Below the pieces are notes generated by a model. The model had not been told where the DNA came from and searched no databases. It saw only the letters and a program-made list of their open reading frames with translations. A DNA stretch of 64,000 nt. It comes from an uncultured Acidobacteriota bacterium (GTDB lineage Bacteria; Acidobacteriota; Blastocatellia; RBC074). Every line of letters begins with the position of its first letter. Positions within the stretch are counted from its first letter, which is position 1. The stretch is from NCBI GenBank assembly GCA_963796275.1, contig CAWCKY010000006.1, positions 2,144,001 through 2,208,000 on the forward strand, written 5' to 3'. This document shows positions 30,001 to 42,600 of the stretch, one piece after another. A program made the position numbers and the translations under genes.

Positions 30001-30663
30001 GGCAACACGCGTCTGGCCAATTATGGTCCGGCCGGCTTCGATCGGCGCCACAATTTCACGTTAAATTACATCTATGAGGTGCCGGGCGTCAGCAGGTATT
30101 TGGGTCGCGCCGATAATTCGGTGACGCGGGCGATCTTCAACGGCTGGCAGATCTCCGGCATCACGAGGTTCCAGAGCGGCGGTCCCTATGCTGTAGGGTT
30201 CAACGTTCCCAACATTAACAACCAGAACATCACCGGTTCGTATACCGAAGGTGCCCGTGTGAATCTGTCTGGCGACCCGATGCAGGGAACATCGGATGAT
30301 CCCTATAATCGTCTGAATCCGGCCGCGTTCTCTGTTCCGGAAGTGGGCAGCATCGGGCTCGGCGCCCCGGTGAACTATCTGACGGGTCCGGGAGTCAACA
30401 GCTGGGATATGTCGTTACAGAAGTCTTTCTCCTTCAAGGAGAAGCTGCGACTTCAGTTACGCGCAGATGCCTTCAATGTTTTCAACCATACCCAATTCGA
30501 TGGGATTAACAGCAATATCACCTTCACCAATCTGACCGATCGAACGCCCACCAACCTCCCGTTCAATGCGGACGGCTCGTTGAGGGACAGGAACGGTTTC
30601 GGTACGGTGGCGAACGCGCGCGACCCGCGCATTATGCAGTTGGTTCTCAGGTTGCAGTTCTAA
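27073..30663 (+). CDS. Oar-type TonB-dependent receptor with carboxypeptidase-regulatory-like N-domain
   Basis: Signal peptide, SMSGTILDNSGAAI, NYQAEYGRSAGAQINVVTKSGT.EFHGS, YLQDTWK, AFNVFNHTQF, C-terminal RIMQLVLRLQF. Confidence 0.93.
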   Translation: MSSHPFPKGNVIVLVLCLLAVTLNLSAQSTSGSMSGTILDNSGAAIANARVVVTDQSKKVSFSAVTDGEGRFAFTLLQPGRYNVTVESAGFRKLELKDVVLNANDKLSVGELKMDIGTLEQVIEVVSEGQLLKTESGERSDALVGEQLQNVAVNSRTYLALAAVTPGVVVTGNNFQTAGHAGLGDISANGARPNQNQLTLNGVGNVDTGNNGDQLATISLDSVQEYKILTSNYQAEYGRSAGAQINVVTKSGTREFHGSGYLFHRHEGLNANNWKNNRDSLGRNLYRFNNTGYTIGGPIKLPKKVFGPLARLGEDKLFFFWSQEYQRQLQPQGRRDVTVPTALERMGDFSNSVDLNGNKVFIKDPLLPGLCNATDQTACFSDGGVPNKIPQSRLYTPGLAILNMFPMPNNLSSSTQGFNFTTQIPNSYPRREDLLRIDANLSDRWKVFGHILNNFDSVTSDYGSFVLGSNTPFGTPITDIRPGRSYAVGVTTIINPTMTNEFTWGYGHNQINIDPVNDGLTRSANGLSGLPVLFPGAIQNDFIPQFQFNGTRINNEPNFGTNNAPFFNYNTTIDFVDNVSKVWKQHVFKAGFYIQRSRKDQTSFANANGQINFGDNTGNRFDTGYGFANAAVGVFSSFNQASQYATGRYRYTNLEFYLQDTWKATRRVTLDYGMRLYWIQPQFDSALQTATFLPEQYDPSRAVRLYRPAFNGAAIDPVTGEMRLASDIGKIVPNSGDLFNGIAQAGTDVSKYLMENRGIQYGPRFGIAFDVTGKQNIVVRAGAGIYYDRFQGNETFDMLTNPPTTLAPTLVNDFITNINPIADVNSGSVLFAPFGLHAFSFEGKLPTVYNYSFSVQTKLPYEMLLDVAYVGSLSRHLLQRLNINAIPYGATFLAQNQDPTKGGGTLGSSAFDVNFLRPYQGYGDITLHQMGGTSNYNSLQVGLNRRFARGLFFGTAYTWSKALTTVSGDGDFIRIDGNTRLANYGPAGFDRRHNFTLNYIYEVPGVSRYLGRADNSVTRAIFNGWQISGITRFQSGGPYAVGFNVPNINNQNITGSYTEGARVNLSGDPMQGTSDDPYNRLNPAAFSVPEVGSIGLGAPVNYLTGPGVNSWDMSLQKSFSFKEKLRLQLRADAFNVFNHTQFDGINSNITFTNLTDRTPTNLPFNADGSLRDRNGFGTVANARDPRIMQLVLRLQF

Positions 30664-31201
30664 ACCAGAGCAGACATCCTGGGAGAGTGAGTTCACCACG
30701 GATTTTCACGATGCGATGGATCGACACGGATTATCCGCGACTTTCCTTCGCATTCGTGACTGTCCGTTGTGAATATTTGCTGAGCGAGTCAAAGCAGTCG
30801 TCTGAATCCACATCATTGCAAAGCTTCCAGCCCTACACGTGCAAAGAATGCATCGTGGTTACAGCTGGATCTGCTCTTGCATCTCTCCCCTTTCCTAGCC
30901 GTCGGGTTTCTTTGGCTTAAAGCTTTTCCTCGAGGACGGAGTCGCAAGAGAGCGACACAAGGTTGAGTTGCGATATATCACCTGCAGCGCGAAATATCGC
31001 CATCCCCGCCATTTGCAGCGGCCCCCTTGAAGAATCTGGTGAGAAGCTGCGTAGTTTGATGTAATATCAGCGTGCATTTACATCTACCAGCCCTCAGTCC
31101 TGCGCAAACAATGAGCCTGCCGTCAAATTACGTCTGGTCGAAACAGCGAAATTTTCTGGCTTTTTAACAAGCAAAATCGATAGAAGGACGTTGGAACCCC
31201 C

Positions 31202-34205
<3,004 letters not shown>

Positions 34206-34224
34206 TGTTACGGCGAGATACGGT

Positions 34225-34372
34225 GTTCGGAGTTCCGCCTTCAGGCGGTAAGAAAGAGCAAGCCAAAGAAAAAGACCGCGTAAACGCGGAACTCCAAATG
34301 TATGTTGGGAGTTCCGCCTTCAGGCGGTCAGGTAACGTGCGAAAAGAAAGGCCGGGTAAACGCGGAACTTCA
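34225..34372. repeat. Two REP-doublet units (same family as the 55.9-56.5 kb array)
   Basis: GTTCGGAGTTCCGCCTTCAGGCGG ... CCGCGTAAACGCGGAACTCCAAA, then a second, slightly degenerate unit. Lies between convergent genes. Confidence 0.85.
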
Positions 34373-34400
34373 TACGCGATCTGTTAGGTACACAGAATAC

Positions 34401-35039
34401 TCAATTGGGTTTCCGGTTATTGAGTTGTTGGCGGAGCGGCGCCTGCGCCAGAAATATTGACAGCCCTAAACCGGCTCCCAGAAACAACCCGTAGATAACT
34501 CCCCACAGCAGCATCCCGGTCTCTCCGCGGATCGACCTGTCAATAAGCTCGCCGAGGAAATAGCCCGCGGAATTTGCGATAAACAGTACGGCGAACTGCT
34601 TGAAGAAGGTTTTCATGACGCCGAATGCCAGTACGATGACGAGCGCCATCAGAAGGGAGCCGATAATGGAACCTGCCCATGCTCCGGCGTCTCCTCGGAG
34701 AGTGAAATAGGAAACCACCCATCCGGCCGCATAAAGGAGAAAAGCTATTCCGTATAGAAGCTGGAACCGTCGCCATCGGTCCGGGCCGATCACCAGAGAG
34801 CTCAGAAAGGTGCCTCCGAGAAAAATGAAAAGGATGGTCCATACGAAATAAGCGCCGATCAAGCCCAGGTTCCGGTACATCCACCGCTCGGCAAAGGCCA
34901 CTGTGGCAAAGACGCACAGGCTGGCGAGACAGAAGCCTAAACTGCCGATCAGGAGGGACCGGCTTAACGTTGGGATTGAATTGTCACCCTGGCGCATCCT
35001 CGCCATCACTCGATCAGCGGTCAGACCGAATATCTCCAT
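34401..35039 (-). CDS. Hypothetical integral membrane protein (about 6-7 TM helices)
   Basis: Consecutive hydrophobic Gly-rich segments and a GGAGG RBS. Lies just downstream of the wHTH regulator on the same strand. Confidence 0.75.
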   Translation of the reverse strand: MEIFGLTADRVMARMRQGDNSIPTLSRSLLIGSLGFCLASLCVFATVAFAERWMYRNLGLIGAYFVWTILFIFLGGTFLSSLVIGPDRWRRFQLLYGIAFLLYAAGWVVSYFTLRGDAGAWAGSIIGSLLMALVIVLAFGVMKTFFKQFAVLFIANSAGYFLGELIDRSIRGETGMLLWGVIYGLFLGAGLGLSIFLAQAPLRQQLNNRKPN

Positions 35040-35101
35040 GAAAAATAACCTCCATGCGAAAGAAGCAGTGAAGAAGAGGGAAGAAGAGTATGTTATTGCC
35101 T

Positions 35102-37426
35102 TTATCGGAACTCACTGATGAGAATGATATTGTTGATGGTCACGCCGCGATCGAAAGCCAGGTTTTTACCGTCGGGTGACCAGGCTATGCGAAAAATCTG
35201 ATCTTCCTTGAAACTTGTTATCTGCCTCGGCCGGCCGCCATCAATCGGCTGGAGCCATATATTGGAGACTCCCGCATCGGTTACGACGTAAGTCAGCGCG
35301 CGCCCGTCCGGTGTCCAGCGCAGTAATTCATAAGTGGGCAGCGGCGTATCGCAAAATTTCATTTTCGGATCCCCTCCTTCGAAAGGAAGAACCGCCAGGA
35401 CTAAACGCTTTGTCTCCTCATCGAGCATTTGGCAGGCGATTGACTTTCCATCAGGAGAGACCTCGGGACTGTTCGATGTGTAGTGAGTCAGTTGCAGCGG
35501 CTCGCCTCCTTCAATCGACACCCTCCATAATGTCCGTTTGCCTGACTCGTCATACGACGAATAGACTACCCATCGTCCATCAGGCGAGAGGCTGGGTAGA
35601 TGATCGCCCTTACCTTGCGTCAGTTGCCTTGGGTTTCGGCCGTCCGCGTCCATTCGCCAGAGGTAGGATGTACCTGAGCCTCTTGAGACGAAGACGATAT
35701 GGCGACCATCGTTCGAGACTACCGGGAGAACATCGCGGCTGGCATTGAAGGTCAATTGCGTCTGGTTACCGCCATCGGCATCCATGATCCAGATGTCTGC
35801 ATTTCCGCTCGCATGTGAGCCATAGACCAAACGGCCGTCGGAGGTCCAGCAAAAGCCGAAATTTTCACTGTAATTGTCTTCATATCCCTTTCTGATCAGT
35901 CGTGCGCGGTTGGCGGCTCCGTTCGGCGCGACCCAGAGACGCGAAATCCGTTCCGATCGCATGGTGGCCATTATATCGGCTTGAGCCGCGATACTTGCCT
36001 TACCATAGCTGCCCAGGTCATCAGTTACTTTAATTACCTCGCCGCTCGGATAAGAAAGGTACCAGAGCTGATTGGCATACACCGGCCATTCCTGGTACCA
36101 GGCGCTAATCACCACCCCGCTCCCGTCCTTAAGCCAGTCTGCTGATTCGATCCAATTCCATGTTTGAGACCCCAATCTGGTCTCGTTTCCATCCGCCGCA
36201 TTTACAGTGACGACATACATATTGGATTCGCCGGGGCTTCTCCTTCCGGCGACTGTGGCAATCGTCTTTCCATCCGGTGACCAGGCCAGCCCTTTATATG
36301 AGAATAGCTCAGGCTTCTTGCGGACGGCCAATTGTTGCTCTCCGCTTCCATCAACATTCGCGCTTATCAGGATAGACTCTTTCTGTTCATCGGTCGTCCG
36401 TATGAATGCGAAGCGTTTGCCGTCGGGCGAGAAGGTGATCGCGCCGTCTACCGAGGCCAGTATCTTTCTGGGATTGCCGCCGAGAACCGGAGCTTGATAA
36501 AGAGTGCCGTTATACTGATCTTTTTCCTGAACGACATAGTGGATAAAGGTGCCGTCCGGCGAGAAAGTCACTCCACGGTAGGTTACTGCGGCTGGCGGGA
36601 CCACTTCCACCTCAGAGGTCGAATTCACATGTCGTACTCGGATGCTCTGCCGCCCTGCATCATCGAGAACATAGGCCACATAGTTACCTTTGGGTGAAAG
36701 CCCCGGCAGTTGCGCATTCCCGGAAGTGGTCAACTTTCTGACCTGCGGAACCTTCTTGAACGGCGCGTCCGATTTGCCAATGAGCGGATTTCTTCGATTG
36801 AGATAATACAGACCGACGGCGACTACAGCCAATAGAACGACTGCTGCGATCCCCATCTTTTTCCAGTTGTATCCTACATCGGGTCGTTGTTTTATGATCT
36901 CGTCCGGAGCTTGGGGGCGCGGAGCAATGCTGATCAATTCCTGCTGCCCGATCACGATTGCTTCCTTCCCATTTACCTCCCCATTGGTCTGCCCATTCAT
37001 ATGCGAACCTTCGTCGCCGTTATTATCATGCGCTTCAAGATCGCCAACCGCTCCAATGTGATGATGGGGAACTCCTCCACCCAATTCTCCATTCACCATT
37101 CTGATCTCCCCAATAAAGCGATAGCCGCGCCTGGGGATGGTCTCGATATATTGCTGGTTGGCCGCACTCTCGCCTAAAGCCTTCCGGAGCTGGAAGATGG
37201 CCTGTGTCAAATTGCCCTCCTCGACGAAGCAATCGGGCCAGAGGCGATTCATTAAATCGTTCTTTTCCAGGACACGGCCGGAGTTTTCGACCAACACATA
37301 GAGAGCCTCAAAGACTTTTGGAGGTAATGCGACGGGCGCGCCGTCGCGGAGCAGGAGACGATTGGTGACATCGACCTGGAATGGACCAAATTGGTAGAAA
37401 TAATGAGCCTGCCTGGGAACTGACAT
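35102..37426 (-). CDS. Transmembrane one-component regulator: OmpR/CadC-type winged helix, TM helix and TolB-like (PD40) beta-propellers
   Basis: YQFGPFQVD...LPPKVFEAL..LVE...VLEK..LM..LWPD.FVEEGNL...I..LRKALG....YIETIPRRGYRF, one TM segment, repeated (F/W)SPDG motifs. Confidence 0.92.
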   Translation of the reverse strand: MSVPRQAHYFYQFGPFQVDVTNRLLLRDGAPVALPPKVFEALYVLVENSGRVLEKNDLMNRLWPDCFVEEGNLTQAIFQLRKALGESAANQQYIETIPRRGYRFIGEIRMVNGELGGGVPHHHIGAVGDLEAHDNNGDEGSHMNGQTNGEVNGKEAIVIGQQELISIAPRPQAPDEIIKQRPDVGYNWKKMGIAAVVLLAVVAVGLYYLNRRNPLIGKSDAPFKKVPQVRKLTTSGNAQLPGLSPKGNYVAYVLDDAGRQSIRVRHVNSTSEVEVVPPAAVTYRGVTFSPDGTFIHYVVQEKDQYNGTLYQAPVLGGNPRKILASVDGAITFSPDGKRFAFIRTTDEQKESILISANVDGSGEQQLAVRKKPELFSYKGLAWSPDGKTIATVAGRRSPGESNMYVVTVNAADGNETRLGSQTWNWIESADWLKDGSGVVISAWYQEWPVYANQLWYLSYPSGEVIKVTDDLGSYGKASIAAQADIMATMRSERISRLWVAPNGAANRARLIRKGYEDNYSENFGFCWTSDGRLVYGSHASGNADIWIMDADGGNQTQLTFNASRDVLPVVSNDGRHIVFVSRGSGTSYLWRMDADGRNPRQLTQGKGDHLPSLSPDGRWVVYSSYDESGKRTLWRVSIEGGEPLQLTHYTSNSPEVSPDGKSIACQMLDEETKRLVLAVLPFEGGDPKMKFCDTPLPTYELLRWTPDGRALTYVVTDAGVSNIWLQPIDGGRPRQITSFKEDQIFRIAWSPDGKNLAFDRGVTINNIILISEFR

Positions 37427-37570
37427 CAGGAAACCTCTCTCAAGTAAACCGTAAAGAGATTAATAACAACTCCTTGAGGACATCAATCAAGGGTTCAATT
37501 TAGAATTTTAACCGAAATCAAACTATTTGATGAGTCATATTGATCGCTCCATCAGCGCACGGAACCAAAT

Positions 37571-37705
37571 AAAATCTATGTGAGCGCAGGCATCTTGCCT
37601 GCCGGCAGTTCCCCCGCGAGCGGTGGAGCGCTTCACGCTAGCTGTTTGGTGGAGCGCTTCATAGAAGCTGCATGTAGGCAAGATGCCTGCGCTCACATAG
37701 ATTTT
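37571..37705. repeat. MITE/REPIN-like element with 30-bp terminal inverted repeats
   Basis: AAAATCTATGTGAGCGCAGGCATCTTGCCT (37571-37600) is the reverse complement of 37676-37705. Each arm contains an internal GCAGGCATCTTGCCT hairpin. Confidence 0.8.
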
Positions 37706-37852
37706 ACCGGAACCGCACGCGGAAGTATGTCAGGTTGCTCCAATCCCGTACGCTTGAATGTGCGGCCTGCGAATTACGCCCCGCCCATATGAAGAATGAG
37801 AATTTTGTATTCACCTCGTTTAACGAGTAACTAATTGTTTTGGAGATATTTA

Positions 37853-38314
37853 ATGAGCGCGCTCAATGGACTGTTGACTTGCGCCGGAATTTGGCGCGGC
37901 ACAAATAGGCTAAAAGATCCACACACCAACTCACCTGAGGATTCTTTCTCAAGTGCCATTGTGACTCCTATTCTGGGCGGCCGGTTTGTTCGCATCGACT
38001 ATACGTGGGTTTTTTACGGTGATCCGCAGGCCGGATCATTACTGCTGGGTTACGAAAGGAAGCGCGATGTGGTCACAGCATATTGGATCGATACCTGGCA
38101 CCTGAATGATAGGATTATGGTATGTACGGGCGCTGCTCTCGATGGTGAGTTACGCGTGCTCGGATCGTATGCTCAGCCCTCGGGCCAAGATTGGGGATGG
38201 CGTATCGTTATTGCACCGCAGGAGGCGAAGAAGTTCAGCATAACGATGTTCAATGTAGAGCCCAATGGGAGCGAATCGTTTGCCGTCGAATCGCACTTTC
38301 GAAGAGTAGAATAA
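37853..38314 (+). CDS. DUF1579-like protein
   Basis: G.W.G.N.L, ILGGRFVRIDYTW, WIDTWH, GSY......WGWRI, MFNV.P.G.E. ATG at 37853 follows GGAG. Confidence 0.7.
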   Translation: MSALNGLLTCAGIWRGTNRLKDPHTNSPEDSFSSAIVTPILGGRFVRIDYTWVFYGDPQAGSLLLGYERKRDVVTAYWIDTWHLNDRIMVCTGAALDGELRVLGSYAQPSGQDWGWRIVIAPQEAKKFSITMFNVEPNGSESFAVESHFRRVE

Positions 38315-38401
38315 ATAATTGATAATTGATAATTGATAGTTAGTATAGCTTGTTGCCACAGTACGTATGAACTATCAACTAAACTATCAACTATCAACTA
38401 A
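38315..38401. repeat. Inverted pair of 7-bp tandem repeats
   Basis: (ATAATTG)x3 followed by ATAGTT faces ACTATCA-type units at 38370-38401. Confidence 0.75.
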
Positions 38402-38633
38402 TCCCACTGCTTCGATTTTCGCTGCAATCATGAATACCCCAATCGCGAATAGTTTCGACGGTCTCACTCGGTTGCGCGCAGTATGCGACGGTATCACCGG
38501 TGCAGATGATCGAGCTCGGCGGAATCGCGAGCTCTTCGGCGATTGCGCGCAGAGCCGCCAGAGCTTGGAGGTTTCCATATGGGCCGCCGAAGAAGAGCAG
38601 TGAACGGTGTGACGATTCAGGTTGTCGAGTCAT
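38394..38633 (-). pseudogene. Truncated calcineurin-like metallophosphoesterase (N-terminal about 65 aa)
   Basis: LLFFGGPYGNLQAL and IICTGDTVAY resemble motifs I and II. The sequence ends before a recognisable GN(H) motif, running into the heptamer repeat. Confidence 0.65.
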
Positions 38634-39663
38634 GTTTGACGGATTGTTTGTTTGCCGGGATCAATACTTCCTCATGGAATTTATCGCAGCCCACGCAGAG
38701 ATTCTGATATAGCCTGCCAGACGGCAGTTTGACGGTCGAAGCCTCGATGAATTTTTCCATCGTCCAGCCGTGAGAAATTCCCATCCGTTCGGGATGTCCC
38801 ATCGATAAGGCTTCGTAGACCGGGTTGCCGACGTGACGCTCCAGTATGGCTTCCAGTTTTTCTTCGAGCAGGTTGCCGATCGGCGCTTTCGTCTTGATGC
38901 AGCACGGAAAGACATTGCCATTGGGCTCGACCGATACCTCCGAGCCTTGATACCGGTACTGCAAAAAGTTGAGCGCGCCGGACCAACGGTTGCAGAAGTT
39001 GTCGCGCAGCGTCGCCTTCGATAATTCATTCTGCCGGGCTCGCCCGCGCGGCCACAGCGGGCCGATCCATGCGTCTTCGGTCGCGCCGAAAAATGAGAAA
39101 CAGGTTCTTCCCATCTCGGCCTGGCCCGCGCTTTCGGCTACCAGCGGCTTGAACACCATCCCGCGAGATTCAAAGATTCGCGTCAACCTGGCGACGAGCT
39201 TATCCTGCGCTTCTTTGGTCTCCAGTCCATCGTGGTGATGGTCGATCCCGGAGACCGATATCTGCCAGACGTGATGGGCCAGCAGTTCATCAACTATCTG
39301 TTCGGTGACGAGGTCGCCCGTCGTCTGGACGATGAGCTTCACCTCGTCACCGTATTTTTGATCGAGCAGGTCGAGGGCTGAATAGAGCACGCGCTCGCGC
39401 ACAGGCTCCAGAAGAATCTCGCCGCCCGCCAGAATGACGCGCCCGATCTTTTCCCGCGGACGGCCCGTGTCGGGATCGCAGTCATTGAGGTCGAGATAGG
39501 TCATCCGGTCGGGAAAATTCTCGATGATGCGCGCGTGGTTCTCCACGCTCTCGCCTACAACGCGATCCCGCTCCGGGCCGTAATATGGCCGGAACCTGTC
39601 TTCGTAACAGTGATGACAGGTCCGGTGGCAGAGAAATGTCGCGACGTAATAGATCGATTCCAT
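38617..39663 (-). CDS. Radical SAM protein with SPASM/twitch-like C-terminal domain
   Basis: CHRTCHHC (CxxxCxxC), ILAGGEILL, and C-terminal FCNRW..., VEPNGNVFPCC, IGNL, CVGC. Confidence 0.9.
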   Translation of the reverse strand: MESIYYVATFLCHRTCHHCYEDRFRPYYGPERDRVVGESVENHARIIENFPDRMTYLDLNDCDPDTGRPREKIGRVILAGGEILLEPVRERVLYSALDLLDQKYGDEVKLIVQTTGDLVTEQIVDELLAHHVWQISVSGIDHHHDGLETKEAQDKLVARLTRIFESRGMVFKPLVAESAGQAEMGRTCFSFFGATEDAWIGPLWPRGRARQNELSKATLRDNFCNRWSGALNFLQYRYQGSEVSVEPNGNVFPCCIKTKAPIGNLLEEKLEAILERHVGNPVYEALSMGHPERMGISHGWTMEKFIEASTVKLPSGRLYQNLCVGCDKFHEEVLIPANKQSVKHDSTT

Positions 39664-42600
39664 TCAAAACCTCACCTTCGCCACGAATTGGACGACACGC
39701 GGCGCGGTGGAGTTACTGACGTATCGTCCGAAGGTATCGTTACTGCGCGAACTCACCGGAAGAGTGAAGTTCGGATGGTTGAACAGATTGAAGAATTCCG
39801 CGCGGAACTCGATGGCGCCGGCTTCGCCGAACGGCGTGAATTTGAGATTTCTGAGCAAGGCGAAATCTGTGTTGAAAAAGTTGTCGGCGCGCAGCGTGTT
39901 GCGACCGACCGAACCTAACTGACCCGATGGAGGCGCCGCAAAGGCCGCCGGATTGAAGGCGAAGCCGGCGGGTACATTCTCTTTGGGATCGCTGATCTGG
40001 TTCAGGCGGCGATTGGATGTCCCGGTCAGCGGGTCGAGCGCGCCGACCGTGACCGAAAATGGCTGCCCCGATTGATAGGTCAGGATGCCGTTGATCTGCC
40101 AGTCGCTCACCAGGGCCCGGACAATCGCGGGCGCGCCGTTGAAGCGCCGGTCGCGTCCGAAGGGAAGCGCCCAGGTCGAGCTGAAGACGAGCTTGTGCGG
40201 GACGTCGAAGTTCGACAACCCTCGCTGCGCCGCCAGATTGTAGGAATCCTGCGCCAGGTCATCGGCGCCCGTCCCGATGCCGCTGACGTCATCGATCGAC
40301 CTCGACCAGGTGTAAGCTGCAAGAAAAGAAGCGCCGTTGCTCAGCCGCCGTTCCAGCCTCGTCTGCATCGAATGATAAATCGCCTGCCCGTTGAACTGCT
40401 GGCTGATCACGTCGTTCGAGAACCGTGCGCCGGCGGGAAGGCTCGGATTGTTGAATGGACGCGAACCGACGGCCATTCCGAATTGCGTCGCCGCCGGGCT
40501 GTTCACCGCCACGATCTGATTGATGTTGACAGTGCGCGACGCATTCATCCCACGTCGCCCGACGTAGGCGACCTCGGCGAGCAGGTTCTTCCCCAGTTCA
40601 TGCTGAACGTTGACGTTGTATTGAATCGCGTAAGGCGTCCGGTAATTTACGTCGATCGCGCCCGCGCCAGTGGCCGCGCCACTGCCGAGCAACGACAGGA
40701 AGGTTTGGGTTGGCGTACTGTCGAGCGGGAAGTCTAATGGTGTGCGGGCGCTGCCACTCTGGTTTCGGATGTTTGTAATGGCGAACGGAGCATTCGATCT
40801 CGCCGTGCGAAAACGATCTTGAAACGTCCCGTTGTCGTGATAGATGCCGGCGCCGCCGCGCACCGTCCATTTGCCGTCATCGGCCAACCGGTAAGCGAAA
40901 CCGGCGCGCGGCGCGAAATTGTTCTTGTCGATATTATGCAAACGCGGCAGTTCGGGTGAGCCGACGACGAAGTTGCCGAGCCCGGGAAGCAGGTTCGACA
41001 GCAACCCATTAACTTCCGTGATCGGAGTGTCGATCTCGTAGCGCAAGCCCAAATTCAAGGTGAGGCGATCGTTCACGCGCCATTCATCCTGCGCATAACC
41101 GATGAACGCCATCGTGCGGAATCCGCGCGACGGATTGGATGAACTGATCGAGATCAGCGCAGGCAGGCCGAGCAGGAAATCAGCCAGTGCTGCTATCGCT
41201 GCATTGCCCGGGACGGCCGGGTTGATCTCGCCATTACGCGCGCCGCTAAAAGTGAGCGATCCACGCAAGTCTCGATACTGGCTTTGATTCGTGTGCGAGC
41301 GGCTCACCTCGCCCCCGAATTTGAAACCGTGCCTCCCGCGATTCCAGGAGAGATTGTCCATGAATTGATACATTGTGCGACCGGTGGTCGATGCGCCCAG
41401 ATTGTCCGTCAGTGGTTGACCGCCCGTGCCGCCGAACCCGGGTACGCGGATGATGGGAAGTCCGCGTCCGAATTCATTCTGAACCACACCGTTCGGTAAC
41501 CCGATGGTCGCGGGGTCGATAGTCGTCCCGCTCGGAATCGGGTTGCGCTGGCGATTGAGGCCGAAGCGCAATTCGTTAGTGAAATTCCCGCCGATAAGCC
41601 GCGTGTGCGCGACGGAGACCGATTGCCTGCGCTCGGGGTTCGGGAACGGGAACGCGGGCAGAGAAGACGATATGAAAAAGATGTCGAATGGGTAGAACTG
41701 ACGCTGGTCGTCGTAAAGATAGCGCACTGAGACCTGATCGCGATCCGTGATACGGTGATCGGTCCGGATGGTGAATGCGTCTTCGTCCATCTTTTGAATC
41801 CCGTTTGCGATGTAATTGGCGCCGGCGATGCTGGCGTTCGGCAGCGGAATGAAACCATCCAGCACGGCGCGCGAGATGGGAGCGATGCGGCCAGCCAGAT
41901 TCAGCGTGGCCGGCGCCGCAGGCTCACCATTGGGATCGGTGATGGAGTTGTAATTCAGCACACCGGATCGTTGCGCGGCGGTAGGCACGTTGCTGGCGAA
42001 CGGCCCCGTGCCCTGGCGCAGCTTATTGGCTTCCCAGTTACCGAAAATGAAATGACCGTTGCGGCGAAGCGGGCCGCCGATACTGACGCCGAACTGATTC
42101 AGCTTCAAAACCGTGCGCGGCAGACCATTGGCGTTATTGAAGAAATCATTCGAGTCGAGCGCGTCGTTGCGAAAATACTCATATACCGTCCCGTGCCAGG
42201 CGTTTGTCCCCGACTTGGTTACCAGGTTGACGATTGAGCCGGAAAAGCGCCCGTATTCGGCATTGAACAGACTCGTCTGGATCTGAAATTCGCGTGTCGC
42301 TTCTATCAGCGGCGGAAAGGCTATCACTCCCTGTTCGGGGACGTTGATGTCCACTCCGTCCAGGAAAAATCCGTTCGCGCGTGATGGGGCGCCATTGACG
42401 TTGAATGCACCTCCGTTGCCGTCGGTTGGAGTGGCAAGTCCAAACTGATTGAATGCGGAAGAGCGGTAACCGCCGGAAGCCGTTACGCCGGGTGCCGTGA
42501 GCGCCAATTCCTGCAATTGGCGCCCATTGAGCGGGAGCGCATTGACTCGTTCGGAAGGAACCACGCTTGAGAGCGTCGATAAGGCGCTATCCGTGATGGG

